DNA from: an uncultured Methanosarcinales archaeon
GTDB taxonomy: Archaea; Nanobdellota; Nanobdellia; Woesearchaeales; GW2011-AR15
Direction: 5' to 3'
Assembly: GCA_964428335.1 (NCBI GenBank)
Contig: CAYRXW010000003.1
Coordinates: 150,368 to 214,367, forward strand
Length of the DNA: 64,000 nt
Part shown: piece after piece, positions 17,439-27,767 of the stretch
Numbering within the stretch: position 1 is the first letter of the stretch
How the letters are laid out: every line of letters starts with the position of its first letter
The notes under the pieces: model-generated
The model's database searches: none
The model's input: the letters and a program-made list of their open reading frames with translations, nothing else
Told to the model about the DNA's origin: nothing
Position numbers and translations under genes: made by a program

Positions 17439-18087
17439 TTTTCAACAGTTCAAAAGCAAGCCTTGAAGATGCCCTTAATAGTTCCTGAGGATCTTTCCCT
17501 TCTACTACAATGCATCCTAGCTCATCGCTTATCCTTGTCTCGTTTGAAAGCCTTAATTCAACTACCCTTACACCTTCGCCATAATCACTGCATGTTATAA
17601 CAGGAGCATCTGTCTTATTGCTTGGAATTGTAACAGCTGCTTTCACATCCATTTCATAGACCTGGCCAAGTATCTTTGCAACTTCAACACCAGAAAGAAC
17701 AACACTTGCCGGATAGGTCGGATCCATTGTTATGTAAATCTTCCTTCCTCCGATTATGAGTATTTTTGGAGAAGTAGCTTCACCAAGTGAATTTGTGATT
17801 GTAGGGACATCCTCAACCTGACTTGGATTATAATGGAAATAAAGATTGTATTGCCTTTCCCACCCTTTTATCTTATCTTTTATTGAAAGCTCAGTATACC
17901 ACAGTTCCCCTCGCTTTGCAAAAGTATATCCCTTATACATGACATTCTCTTCCTGTACAGGCTCTACTTTATTATTTTTCAGAACTATCAAAATACCTGC
18001 AAAAATGACAAATATCGCAAGCAGACTGATAATGAGTATCTTGTCATTTGATGATGATTTTTCTGTTTTTTTCTTTTCTTTGCTCAT
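17431..18087 (-). CDS. Membrane-anchored hypothetical protein
   Basis: N-terminal K-rich leader followed by TM ILIISLLAIFVIFAGILIVL. Confidence 0.45.
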   Translation of the reverse strand: MSKEKKKTEKSSSNDKILIISLLAIFVIFAGILIVLKNNKVEPVQEENVMYKGYTFAKRGELWYTELSIKDKIKGWERQYNLYFHYNPSQVEDVPTITNSLGEATSPKILIIGGRKIYITMDPTYPASVVLSGVEVAKILGQVYEMDVKAAVTIPSNKTDAPVITCSDYGEGVRVVELRLSNETRISDELGCIVVEGKDPQELLRASSRLAFELLKIM

Positions 18088-18698
18088 ATCTCAACACCAT
18101 TTAAAACATAAACCAATGAATCCCTGACCTGAAGGGCAGACTGGCTGTTAAGCTCAATATTAATGCATGAATTCAAGTTCTCAACTTTTGTGACATTTGA
18201 AGATTTGACAATTATGACTGGCGCAATAACAGTTGAATTTTGGCATGTTACCTTCGGCAGATTATACAATGTTGAATTGTCAACCAATGAATCAAAGAAA
18301 AATTTCCCTGTGGGAAGATTGTTCCTTAAATCAAATCTTAGATAATCCATCAACTGAACGCTTTCATCATTAGGGTCAAATGCAAAATAGAAATAGTTCG
18401 CATTTTTTATGATGCTTTTTGTGTTATCGTCAAAAGTCAATGCCAGACTTTCAGGAAGAAAAAATGTTGTGAATTTTTCATCCTTATAGCTGACTTCATA
18501 AAACCTATTTCCTAATTCATCACTTTTTGACATGAACTTATACTTATTCTCCCCGTATGTCCTTGTCAAAGTCTCCTCGCCATTTGAATAATAAATGACA
18601 ACGCTTCCAACAGTTGAAAGCACGAAAACAACAAGCATGAACATGACAAGCACTTTATTTTTCCTATCTTTCTTTTTCATTTTCCTAAAAAAAGGCAT
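18084..18698 (-). CDS. Membrane-anchored hypothetical protein (start trimmed to avoid overlap with AMMECR1 gene)
   Basis: Starting at the internal Met (MPFFRKMKKKDRKNKVLVMFMLVVFVLSTV) removes a 130-nt overlap with 18730..19311. Confidence 0.45.
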   Translation of the reverse strand: MPFFRKMKKKDRKNKVLVMFMLVVFVLSTVGSVVIYYSNGEETLTRTYGENKYKFMSKSDELGNRFYEVSYKDEKFTTFFLPESLALTFDDNTKSIIKNANYFYFAFDPNDESVQLMDYLRFDLRNNLPTGKFFFDSLVDNSTLYNLPKVTCQNSTVIAPVIIVKSSNVTKVENLNSCINIELNSQSALQVRDSLVYVLNGVEI

Positions 18699-18729
18699 TT
18701 TGTTTAAAAATCTTCCTAAATAAGCAGGA

Positions 18730-19311
18730 TTAATTAGCAAGTTTTGCAACATTTCCCCCAGGCTCTTCTTCATGAAATATCTCGGCTGAAAATGTATAGA
18801 TCTCAGCGTTTTCAGTCCAGTCTTCAAAATCAAGACCTGCTTTTTCGCATACCATCCCAAGAGCTTCCAACGGAGTGCATTCCTGCTCAGAAAAAACCTG
18901 CGGAAGCAGTAGCCCTGATTTCCATTCTTTTTTTATTATCAGCCCATGCTTTCCAATCTCTATCTTATCAAGATATTCACTTGAATCCTTAACTTCTAGG
19001 AGCTCAGGGACTGAAAGAACAGAGATTTCTATTGTGATATCATCCATGTCTTCTTTAGATACAGGATGGAACCTTGGGTCCTTAAATGCAGCAGCCCTTG
19101 CTGCTTCAATAATTGCCCTTTGTAATGGATATATTGGTGTAGGAAAGCCAATACACCCTCTCAACTTATCATATAACTTTAGCGTTACAAAAACACCCTG
19201 CTTTCCGCTGAATTTCTCGCTATCTGCAAGGCTTAACTTTTTTGAGGTAAAGATACTATTTATTGAATTCCTTGCAAGATCAATGAGAATTTTCCCGTCT
19301 TCTATTTCCAT
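18730..19311 (-). CDS. AMMECR1 domain protein
   Basis: Signature LRGCIGFPTP is the AMMECR1 CxG motif. Length 193 aa is typical. Confidence 0.8.
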   Translation of the reverse strand: MEIEDGKILIDLARNSINSIFTSKKLSLADSEKFSGKQGVFVTLKLYDKLRGCIGFPTPIYPLQRAIIEAARAAAFKDPRFHPVSKEDMDDITIEISVLSVPELLEVKDSSEYLDKIEIGKHGLIIKKEWKSGLLLPQVFSEQECTPLEALGMVCEKAGLDFEDWTENAEIYTFSAEIFHEEEPGGNVAKLAN

Positions 19312-19351
19312 AGTTTAATCATAATCAAAAACAGGTTTATAAATTTATACG

Positions 19352-19819
19352 CTAATATCTTTTCCTATCCGGCCTCTTTTTAACAGCGGTATTTTTATAC
19401 CATTCTTCAATCAGATTCATCTGCGAATCATCAATTGGCAGCATGAAAAGATAAGGCGTCCTTCCACCATACTTCGGCTGGTTTTCTGCCCTTTTCACAA
19501 GCTTTGTTTTCCTCTCAAGATATTGTCTAGCATTCTGGATTTCCTGATGTGTTGGCAGGTTTTCATATCCCAGTTTGCGTTGTTCAAGGGAATCTATTAT
19601 CTCATATAATGGCTGAAAAGTGAATAACCCCTCTTTTGCAAGCTCAAACCTATCACCTTTTCTCTTTCTTTCATGGTAAATAACAGAAATGTATTCCTTG
19701 AGGAAATACCTGGTAAGCTCAACATCCGGAAGCTTTTCTTTTAAAGAACCAAGGTGTTTAGTAATCTTTTTTTTAACAATTTCGGTTTCATCTCTTATTT
19801 TCTCTTCTAGACTAACCAC
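19352..19819 (-). CDS. Conserved hypothetical basic protein
   Basis: 155 aa, K/R-rich, no recognised motif. Adjacent to and co-oriented with rpoL. Confidence 0.4.
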   Translation of the reverse strand: MVSLEEKIRDETEIVKKKITKHLGSLKEKLPDVELTRYFLKEYISVIYHERKRKGDRFELAKEGLFTFQPLYEIIDSLEQRKLGYENLPTHQEIQNARQYLERKTKLVKRAENQPKYGGRTPYLFMLPIDDSQMNLIEEWYKNTAVKKRPDRKRY

Positions 19820-19864
19820 TAAACAAGGGAAAATAAGGAAATATTTAAATTAAATTTAAAAGAA

Positions 19865-20122
19865 TCACTTAAAGGATTTCAGGACTTCATTGTTCCTTTT
19901 CTTAAGCCTTGAAATGGCGTCCTTTACAGAAGCTTTTGGGTCTTCAGCTTCAACAATGAACTTTGGAACCCCAATCATAGGGTGGCTGATGTTATATGCT
20001 GCAACTGTTACAGACTTATCATTCCATAATTCTTCCCTAAGCGCATTGCATAGGGTATGGTCTTCCCCTTTAATCTCAAAAACCAGCCTTTTCTTCTTAT
20101 CCTCTAAAATTGTGACTTCCAT
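19865..20122 (-). CDS. rpoL: DNA-directed RNA polymerase subunit L (Rpo11, Rpb11-like)
   Basis: From the internal Met: MEVTILEDKKKRLVFEIKGEDHTLCNALREELWNDKSVTVAAYNISHPMIGVPKFIVEAED. The 27 aa upstream in the ORF-track call are hydrophobic junk. Confidence 0.85.
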   Translation of the reverse strand: MEVTILEDKKKRLVFEIKGEDHTLCNALREELWNDKSVTVAAYNISHPMIGVPKFIVEAEDPKASVKDAISRLKKRNNEVLKSFK

Positions 20123-20210
20123 AAAAACAAGAAAATAAGGGTGCTTTAAAAAGGTTTTCATGGCCTTAAAAAAAATAAGGTATATAAAGGAGTAATTCAT
20201 TTTTCTGGAA

Positions 20211-21461
20211 ATGAAATTTTACCCAATTTCAGCTTTCATGCTTTTTTTCATGCTATCTTCAGCTTTTTCATTCGAGATAACAGAGATAATGCATACTCCA
20301 AGCGATGGCAACGAATGGATTGAGTTTTACACAGGAAGCGAGATAAATTTTTCGGGATATGAGTTAATTGACAATCTGCATACTGATCAATTGGTATGCT
20401 GCGGGTTAAGCTGTAATTATATTGTTCCTTCAGGTTCTTTTTTCCTTGTTCTTGACCAGGATTCAACATTAAATTATTCAGGAATAAGATTCTGTGTTGA
20501 TGATTTTACAATCGGAAATACGCTTGGAAATACCAATGATAAAATCGTAATTACAAAAAATTTAGTAACTTACGTAAACACATCATATCAAAAAGCAGTA
20601 ACTTCAGGAAACTCAATAACCTTTATCAATAATTCATGGGTTGAAACTGAACCAACTATTGGATATGGTGTCATTGTTATAGATAATGAAACTGAAATCA
20701 ATGACACTATAAATGAGACATATGTCAATGAGACAGAGACAAATGAAACAGCTAATGAAACAGCTAATGAAACAGGTAACGAAACCTGCAGCGTATGCAC
20801 AAATACAACTATAACAGTCTATATCAATAATTCATGCAACTATGAGAACTTTACTTTAATGATAAATGAGCTAAGTTTACTTCTTAATGAATCAAGGGAA
20901 ACAATAAACGAGCTGGAAAATGAATCAGATTCAAAAGATGAAACAATCTTTATGCTGGAATCAAAGATAATCAACCTGACCAATAAACTGGAGCAGTTTA
21001 ATGGATGCAATTTCAACAATCCAGTGTGCGGCGATAATTATGTATGCATGAATAACCAATGTGTTTTGAAAGAAGGGTGCAGCTTTAGCAATCCAAGTTG
21101 CGATGAAGGATATATATGCAAGGAAAACATATGCGTGGCAAAAAAACAGGTGATTTTCAGGACAAACATCAATGACGGCAATTATTACTCAAAAGAAGGA
21201 GAGATTGCAATAGATGGGAACAATGACGAAACTTTGGACTGTTATAAATCTGAATCATTCAGCATGTTTTACTTTGCCCAGTTCACAAAGAAGCTTGGGA
21301 AGACAATGGAGCTTTACCCGGTAGAAAAGCTGCCACTTAATAGGATAATAGTAAGGGATAAAAAAAGAAATCCAATCTACAGGCTTTCAGACAGCTGCAG
21401 CCTGCCTTTGGCAGCAGATGAGCATCAGGGTTACATCGGAATGGAAGTCTATAAGCAATAG
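20211..21461 (+). CDS. Secreted Lamin-Tail-Domain (LTD) protein with NET glycosylation-sequon repeats and Cys-knot modules
   Basis: Signal peptide. FEITEIMHTPSDGNEWIEFYTGSEINFSGYELIDN...IVPSGSFFLVL matches the LTD pattern (EImynP.g..EWIEL.N...LsGw.L.D). NETYVNETETNETANETANETGNET repeat. CxxxxxC motifs. Confidence 0.6.
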   Translation: MKFYPISAFMLFFMLSSAFSFEITEIMHTPSDGNEWIEFYTGSEINFSGYELIDNLHTDQLVCCGLSCNYIVPSGSFFLVLDQDSTLNYSGIRFCVDDFTIGNTLGNTNDKIVITKNLVTYVNTSYQKAVTSGNSITFINNSWVETEPTIGYGVIVIDNETEINDTINETYVNETETNETANETANETGNETCSVCTNTTITVYINNSCNYENFTLMINELSLLLNESRETINELENESDSKDETIFMLESKIINLTNKLEQFNGCNFNNPVCGDNYVCMNNQCVLKEGCSFSNPSCDEGYICKENICVAKKQVIFRTNINDGNYYSKEGEIAIDGNNDETLDCYKSESFSMFYFAQFTKKLGKTMELYPVEKLPLNRIIVRDKKRNPIYRLSDSCSLPLAADEHQGYIGMEVYKQ

Positions 21462-21529
21462 AGAACTTTGAAAAACCCAATTATATCATACTTTAATTCT
21501 GATCCAGATGAGATTCAAAGTTCTTCTTT

Positions 21530-21570
21530 GAGAGGTTTGCAGGTTTTTCAAAACCTCTCAATAGTTTTTC
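21530..21570 (+). terminator. Hairpin (9-bp stem gagaggttt/aaacctctc, 12-nt loop) followed by T-tract
   Basis: Seen directly in the sequence, ~70 nt downstream of the LTD gene stop and upstream of leuS. Confidence 0.3.
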
Positions 21571-21682
21571 AGCAAAACTTTAAATATTTAATACTTTATT
21601 CTAAATAAGAATGAGAAACCTGCTCCTCCTATAAAGCCGGAAGTTTCATAGTTCTCTCAATATTTGCTTTGGGTGATAAAAA

Positions 21683-24499
21683 ATGAAGACAGAAGAAAAA
21701 TGGGTCAAGAAATGGCAAGAGTCTAAAGTATTTGAGGCAAAGCCAGACAAAAGAAAAAAGTTCTTTGGAACGTTTCCTTATCCTTATGTAAATTCATACC
21801 TTCATCTGGGGCATTTCTATTCATCGATGAGGCTTGAAGCGCTTTCCAGGTACAAGAGGATGAAAGGCTTCAATGTACTATATGCGCAGGGCTGGCACTG
21901 CACAGGAAGCCCAATAGTCAGCGCTGCAAAAAGAATAGAGGAAAATGAGCCAAAACAGGTAGGGATATTGAAGATGCAAGGATTTTCCGATGAAGAGATA
22001 AAAGAGTTTTCCAATCCGAAAAAATGGATTGAATTTTTCCCAAAAGAAGCAAAAAAAGACTTCACAGACATGGGATACTCGATTGATTTTAGAAGATCAT
22101 TCATCACAACAGACATGAACCCAAGCTATGATAAGTTCATCAGGTGGCAGTTCAATAAACTAAAAGAAAAAGAGTATGTATTGAAAGGGCATTTTCCTGT
22201 TGTGTGGGATCCAAAAGACAATTGCCCTGTAGGAGACCATGACAGGATTGAAGGAGAAGGGGAAGTTCCGCAGGAATATGTAATCTATAAGCAGCCCCTA
22301 AAAGACGGAAGGTATGTAATCTCTGCAACATTAAAGCCTGACACAGTCCTTGGGATAACAAATATGTTTGTAAACCCGAAATCAGAGCTTGTTGAAGCAA
22401 GGGTCAACAGAGAAATATGGATATTATCTGAAAAATCTGCAAGGGAACTTGGTTTTCAGGACAGGAAGGTAGAAATAATAAAAAAAATAGCAGGCAAGGA
22501 ACTTATTGGGAAGACTGTTCGGCAGTTCAATGGCTTAGATGTTCCGATACTTCCTGCAGATTTTGTTGCAACAGAAGTAGGGACTGGAATTGTGCACAGC
22601 TGCCCAAGCGATTCAGCTGATGATTTAATTGCTTTAATGGATCTAATAAAAAACGAGAAATACCAAAAGGAATTCGGGCTAAAAAAAGAAGACCTGGAAA
22701 AAATAAAGCCAATTCCAATAATAGATATTGAAGGCTATTCAAAAATACCTGCAGAAGACATAATAAAAAAATTCAAGATAACAGACCAAAATGACTTAGG
22801 GAAGCTAAAAGAAGCAAAAAAAGAGCTTTATGGAGATGGGTATTACAAAGGAAAATTCAATGAAAAATACACAACAAAATTTTTCAAGAAAAAATATTTT
22901 GGTCTTAATGTAATAGACCATAAGGATGAAATAAAGCTTGAACTTATAGACAAAGGCTTTGCTGAAATCTATTTCCAGCTTACAGGAAGGGTTCTTGCAA
23001 GATCATTATCTGAATGCGTTGTAAAGATAGTAGATGACCAGTGGTTCATGGCATATGGAAGCGAAGAATGGAAAAAGCTTGCACATGAATGCCTGGACAA
23101 CATGAAATTATATCCTGAAAAAACAAGATCACAGTTCAATTATGTCCTGGACTGGCTGAGGAACTGGGCATGCACCCGTGAATTCGGCCTTGGGACAAGG
23201 CTTCCATGGGATGAGAAATGGCTTATAGAATCATTAAGCGATTCAACAATCTATATGGCTTATTATACAATTGCGCATAAGATACAAAATGTTGATGCAG
23301 AAAAACTGGATGATAACTTCTTTGATTACGTGTTATTAGGCAAGGGAGACTTAGCCAAAATAAAAATAGATAAGAAACTGACTGTGGAACTTAGGGAAGA
23401 ATTCGATTACTGGTATCCTATGGACTTTAGGACTACAGGAAAAGACCTGATACAGAACCACATGAGCTTCTCAATATTTAACCATGTTGCAATATTCCCA
23501 AAAGAAAAATGGCCAAGAAGCTTTGGCTCAAACGGCCATGTCTTAGTAGATGGGGACAAGATGTCAAAATCAAAAGGGAATTTTGTGACAATGAGGCAGG
23601 CTTATCTTGATTATGGCGCAGATGCATCAAGATTCACAGCGCTTTCTGGTGGAGAAGGGATTGACGATGCCAACTTTGATCGGGAAATGGCAAAAGCTAT
23701 GATACCAAAACTTGCACAGCTAAATGAGTTTGCAAAAGAATATTACAACAAGGGAAGGAAGGACAAGCTTTCAATAGACAAATGGCTTATGGCAAAGGTC
23801 AGTAGGATAATAATGGAAACAGAAAAATGCTACGAGGAAACAATGTTTAGGTCAGCTCTTCAGGTATGCTATTTTGAGATGCAGAATTCCTTAAAGTGGT
23901 ACATGAGAAGATGTCTCAATAACCCGAACAAGGAAGCAATAAACTATTTCATTGAGACACAGGCATTATTGCTTGCTCCTATCACTCCTTTCATAAGTGA
24001 GGAGATCTGGGAAGCAATAGGAAAAAAAGGATTTATTGCTGCTGCAGATTGGCCACAGGCAACACATCTTGAAGACATAAATTCAGAAGAATTCATAAAA
24101 AGCACAATGGAAGATATAAATTCCATCCTAAAGCTTGTGAAAACCAAGCCAAATAAAATAACTCTGTTTGTTTCAGAATACTGGAAATACGGCTTTTACA
24201 ATGAACTGAAAAAAGAGATGGCAAAGTCAAGGGATTTCAAGATGCTTATGCAGGCAATGATGCAAAAAAGTGAATTCAAGAAGCATGGGCAGGATGTACC
24301 TAAGATGATTGAAAAAGCATTGAAATCAGGGATCAAGGAATTCTCAAGTCAAAATGATGAATTTACATCATTAAAAGAGTGCCTGGGTTTCCTTGGAGAG
24401 GAATTCAACTGCGCTTTGGAAGTCAAGAAAGCAGAAGAAAGCAAAGAAGCAAAGGCAAAAATGGCAATTCCTGGAAAAGTTGCGATACTTGCAGAATAA
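21683..24499 (+). CDS. leuS: Leucyl-tRNA synthetase (archaeal/eukaryotic type)
   Basis: HIGH-region HLGHFYS. KMSKS motif DKMSKSKGN. 938 aa with archaeal-type editing-domain insertion. Confidence 0.95.
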   Translation: MKTEEKWVKKWQESKVFEAKPDKRKKFFGTFPYPYVNSYLHLGHFYSSMRLEALSRYKRMKGFNVLYAQGWHCTGSPIVSAAKRIEENEPKQVGILKMQGFSDEEIKEFSNPKKWIEFFPKEAKKDFTDMGYSIDFRRSFITTDMNPSYDKFIRWQFNKLKEKEYVLKGHFPVVWDPKDNCPVGDHDRIEGEGEVPQEYVIYKQPLKDGRYVISATLKPDTVLGITNMFVNPKSELVEARVNREIWILSEKSARELGFQDRKVEIIKKIAGKELIGKTVRQFNGLDVPILPADFVATEVGTGIVHSCPSDSADDLIALMDLIKNEKYQKEFGLKKEDLEKIKPIPIIDIEGYSKIPAEDIIKKFKITDQNDLGKLKEAKKELYGDGYYKGKFNEKYTTKFFKKKYFGLNVIDHKDEIKLELIDKGFAEIYFQLTGRVLARSLSECVVKIVDDQWFMAYGSEEWKKLAHECLDNMKLYPEKTRSQFNYVLDWLRNWACTREFGLGTRLPWDEKWLIESLSDSTIYMAYYTIAHKIQNVDAEKLDDNFFDYVLLGKGDLAKIKIDKKLTVELREEFDYWYPMDFRTTGKDLIQNHMSFSIFNHVAIFPKEKWPRSFGSNGHVLVDGDKMSKSKGNFVTMRQAYLDYGADASRFTALSGGEGIDDANFDREMAKAMIPKLAQLNEFAKEYYNKGRKDKLSIDKWLMAKVSRIIMETEKCYEETMFRSALQVCYFEMQNSLKWYMRRCLNNPNKEAINYFIETQALLLAPITPFISEEIWEAIGKKGFIAAADWPQATHLEDINSEEFIKSTMEDINSILKLVKTKPNKITLFVSEYWKYGFYNELKKEMAKSRDFKMLMQAMMQKSEFKKHGQDVPKMIEKALKSGIKEFSSQNDEFTSLKECLGFLGEEFNCALEVKKAEESKEAKAKMAIPGKVAILAE

Positions 24500-24502
24500 A
24501 GA

Positions 24503-24862
24503 ATGAAAAAAATAAACCTGGATGAAAAATTCAAGCTATTCAAGGAGACATGGAGCCCAAAATTAATAGGAGAATTGAATGACTGCAATTTCCAGCTGGT
24601 TAAATGCAAAGGCGAACTGCCATGGCATCATCATGATGATGAGGATGAAGTATTTCTGACAGTCAAAGGTGAATTTATAGTAAGGACAAAAGAGCAGGAA
24701 TTTAGGTTAAAGAAAGGCGAGTGTTTATTCATGCCCCGCATGATTGAGCACCAGACAGCAGCTGAGAAACTTACTGAGATAATATATATCTCTAGAAAAG
24801 GGTCTGTAAACACAGGAAATGTGAAAGAAAAAAGGACTGTTGAAAGACCAGAAAAGATTTAA
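24503..24862 (+). CDS. Cupin-domain protein
   Basis: GELPWHHHDDEDEVFLTVKGEFIV ... MPRMIEHQ has the cupin two-motif pattern. Confidence 0.65.
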   Translation: MKKINLDEKFKLFKETWSPKLIGELNDCNFQLVKCKGELPWHHHDDEDEVFLTVKGEFIVRTKEQEFRLKKGECLFMPRMIEHQTAAEKLTEIIYISRKGSVNTGNVKEKRTVERPEKI

Positions 24863-24924
24863 CAGGTTTAATTTCTTAATTTTATCCGACAGCTTTATAA
24901 ACCCTGCTTTTTTCCTTTTCCCCT

Positions 24925-25125
24925 ATGATAATCCCAATCAGATGCTGGTCATGCGGAAAGCCAATAGCCCATTTATGGGAAGACTTCCTTGCAAGGACAA
25001 ACAACAGGAAGCAAAATGTCAAAGAGACACTGGATGATTTAGGTGTTGAAAGATACTGCTGCAGAGCACAGTTCCTGGGTCATGTTGATTTAATGGATAC
25101 AGTATCAGCATTCAAGAAATTCTGA
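24925..25125 (+). CDS. rpoN: DNA-directed RNA polymerase subunit N (Rpo10)
   Basis: MIIPIRCWSCGKPI...ERYCCR zinc-binding motifs. 66 aa. Confidence 0.9.
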   Translation: MIIPIRCWSCGKPIAHLWEDFLARTNNRKQNVKETLDDLGVERYCCRAQFLGHVDLMDTVSAFKKF

Positions 25126-25145
25126 TTAGGCTCTTAGGTTTTAAT

Positions 25146-26087
25146 TTATTTTAGCCTTATCTTCTTAATCTTTATATCTGGTTGCTTTTCCTTGATATAA
25201 ACATAATCCTGATGCCACACATTCTTTTTTTCCTTAAATGAGTCAACGCCAGTAGTTCCGCCGAAATGGTCATTCCTGCCAAGAGCTATATGCAGTCCAA
25301 GCTTTTCATCAAGTAACGTACGACCGCATGGCTTTATCCCGTATTTTCCTAAAACACCCATTGCAAGTTCAGCAATATTTCCTACAGCATAATCCTCTTT
25401 TATCCTGTCCATAAGCAGATGAGGCTTATCTGAAGAGATGATATGATTATCTTCAACCCTAAATACAACAACATTTCCCTCCAGCTGTATCGGTAGTTCC
25501 CCTCTTGTCCCGCTATCTTTGTCTTTTGGAGAGATGAATGTTTCCCCACTTGGAAGGTTGATTATTTTTCCAGTCTTTGTGCATGAGCCATCATCTCTAA
25601 GCACTTTCATCCCTCTCAGGTCGAAGAACATCTTATATTCCTTTCCTTTTACTTCAAAAACAATCTGTGCATCCTCTCCAAAATCAATCATGTCAACATC
25701 TTTTTTCAGCTCTTTAAAGTCGATATCAAGTGCAGGGAGCATCTCCTTAGTAAATCCTGGCATGCTTGCCCCTCTAAAACTATGCTTCTTTGCAAGCTTT
25801 GACAAAGGAGCTGTAGCTGAAAATTCAGTAAGTGCTATTATAATATCAAACTTAGACAACACAGATTTAAAATCCTGTTTTTTACCCTGAAAAATGCATT
25901 CTTTTGGAAGGTCTGAATTATTTGCGTAAGTTGCATCATAAGAAGCATAAGGAAGCTTAAGGCTTTCTGCAAGTTTCCTTCTATATTCCCAGTCAGGATT
26001 GTCACTTTTTGGGATATCATAGATAACAAGGACTGTCTCATCCTTTTTTTTATTGAAAACTTCTTTCAAGATTTTTTTTATGTTCAT
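25146..26087 (-). CDS. M29 (AmpS/aminopeptidase T)-like peptidase family protein
   Basis: PSGETFISP ... AELAMGV ... RTLLDEKLGLHIALGRNDHFGG ... VWHQDYV parallels M29 conserved blocks (PsGEvf..P; LlDEKiGgtvHlAlG; HwD). Confidence 0.55.
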   Translation of the reverse strand: MNIKKILKEVFNKKKDETVLVIYDIPKSDNPDWEYRRKLAESLKLPYASYDATYANNSDLPKECIFQGKKQDFKSVLSKFDIIIALTEFSATAPLSKLAKKHSFRGASMPGFTKEMLPALDIDFKELKKDVDMIDFGEDAQIVFEVKGKEYKMFFDLRGMKVLRDDGSCTKTGKIINLPSGETFISPKDKDSGTRGELPIQLEGNVVVFRVEDNHIISSDKPHLLMDRIKEDYAVGNIAELAMGVLGKYGIKPCGRTLLDEKLGLHIALGRNDHFGGTTGVDSFKEKKNVWHQDYVYIKEKQPDIKIKKIRLK

Positions 26088-26173
26088 AAAAGCAATTTCA
26101 TCTCCTGATTTTTATATATCTTTGGTTGTTTCATTTAAATTTATAATTAACCAACAATTTCCGGGTTTGGAAA

Positions 26174-26872
26174 ATGGATTCAAAAAACCTGGAAGAGCGC
26201 GTCTTGCTTAATTCAGTAAGGGATTTTGCTGTAGTTGCATCTACAGCGTTTGCAAGCATACCATTCGCTTTCATAAGTTTCGTATCTTTAAGCTTACTTG
26301 ACAATCCACCATATCTTCATCAAAGGAAGGTTATAGGAAAAAACGGAGAGAATATCATCATATATAAGTTTAGGACTCTTCACCCAGATTCTGAACCCAA
26401 CTATGTTCCAGGACAAAAGCAAGATGATCCAAGGCAAACCAAAGTCGGGAAATGGCTTAGGATATTAAAATGGGATGAAATCCCGCAGCTATATAATGTC
26501 CTGAAAAGAGAATTGAACGTTTTTGGATATCGGCCCTTTGATGAGGAGCAGCTTCAAAGAGCAAGGACTCTATTAGGTGAGGATGTAGATAAATATATTT
26601 TAAAGACCACTCCTGGCTTGGTTGCGTATCCCCAGGGATTGTCCCTTCTTTATCCAGAGTGTCCAGAAAGGGAAGAACTATATTTTAGAAATGTAAGGGA
26701 TTACTGCAGATATAGGCTCGAGCATCCCTTTAAATCACACTTAAAAGACTATAAAGACATGTTCTTAATTTCAGCAGCTATCTTCTTAAGCCTAAAAACA
26801 GCAGTTGCAAAAAAGCAGATGGATTACGAAAAAAAATCAGTACAATTTTTAAGAAAAAGGCTTCTAGCTTAA
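26174..26872 (+). CDS. Polyprenyl-phosphate hexose-1-phosphate transferase (bacterial sugar transferase family, WbaP/EpsL C-terminal domain-like)
   Basis: N-terminal TM then YKFRTLHPDSE ... DPRQTKVGKWLRILKWDEIPQLYNVLKRELNVFGYRP matches KFRTM...DpRiT.vGrfLRktslDELPQL.NVLkGdMS.VGPRP. Confidence 0.7.
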   Translation: MDSKNLEERVLLNSVRDFAVVASTAFASIPFAFISFVSLSLLDNPPYLHQRKVIGKNGENIIIYKFRTLHPDSEPNYVPGQKQDDPRQTKVGKWLRILKWDEIPQLYNVLKRELNVFGYRPFDEEQLQRARTLLGEDVDKYILKTTPGLVAYPQGLSLLYPECPEREELYFRNVRDYCRYRLEHPFKSHLKDYKDMFLISAAIFLSLKTAVAKKQMDYEKKSVQFLRKRLLA

Positions 26873-26909
26873 CCATAATTTTTTATACCTGTAACCATTC
26901 AATAATGGT

Positions 26910-27716
26910 ATGGATTCAAAGATACTCTTTTTAGGAACAGGTGGGGATGCTTTTGTCATCGGAAAGCAAAAAAGAGCATCAGGCGGGATAATATTCAGCT
27001 ATGGAGAAAACCAGTTCCATATTGACCCAGGCCCAGGCTCTTTAGTCATGGCGAAACTAACTAACGCTAACCTTAGGGGAAACACGGGAATCTTAGTTAC
27101 AGGTAATGACTTATTTAGGGCAAATGACGTAAATGCAGTCATATTTGCAATGACACACGACGGGCTTGATAAAAGAGGTGTTTTAATCTGCCCTTCAAAA
27201 GTCATATCTGATGATGAGAAAGGGAGCTTTGCAAACAGGCATTACCTGAATTTCCTGGAAAGGGTAATAATCACGACAAACACAAAAAGGATTGGGATAA
27301 ATGATATAGATATAGAAGTGATAGACCTGGAAGAAGATAACTGCGGCTATAAGCTTCTGACTCCAAAATTCAACATGGCTTATATCCCGCACACAATCAA
27401 AACAGAAGAGCTTCTCAATTTAGAAGACATTGACATACTTATCCTTAGCATAAAGGATTCAGTTGAGGTAAAAGATTCGCTTAATGCAGAGCAGGCTCAA
27501 AAGATAATATCAAAACTTGCACCGCAGATTGCAATAATTACAGGTTTTGGGGCAAGAATGCTAGAAAATGAGGCATTATATGAGTGCAGGGAGATACAAA
27601 AGAACACAGGTATACAGGTAATCTCGGCAAAAGACGGCATGACCATAAACCCTGCTTCTTTTTCAGCGGTTGTCAGGCAGAAGAAACTGCATGGTGTGGA
27701 ATCCCCACAAGCTTAA
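26910..27716 (+). CDS. Metallo-beta-lactamase-fold-like protein (degenerate)
   Basis: ILFLGTGGDAFVIG ... IIFSYGENQFHIDPGPGS resembles the RNase Z/MBL N-terminal blocks, but no clear HxHxDH. Confidence 0.35.
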   Translation: MDSKILFLGTGGDAFVIGKQKRASGGIIFSYGENQFHIDPGPGSLVMAKLTNANLRGNTGILVTGNDLFRANDVNAVIFAMTHDGLDKRGVLICPSKVISDDEKGSFANRHYLNFLERVIITTNTKRIGINDIDIEVIDLEEDNCGYKLLTPKFNMAYIPHTIKTEELLNLEDIDILILSIKDSVEVKDSLNAEQAQKIISKLAPQIAIITGFGARMLENEALYECREIQKNTGIQVISAKDGMTINPASFSAVVRQKKLHGVESPQA

Positions 27717-27767
27717 GTTTCATATTTTTAAGTAACTTTTTTAAACCATTTATTATTCATATTTCCT

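Noticed and set aside
24840-25037. 65-aa ORF overlapping rpoN in another frame
   Set aside because: rpoN is clearly the real gene (zinc motifs). The overlapping frame has no features.
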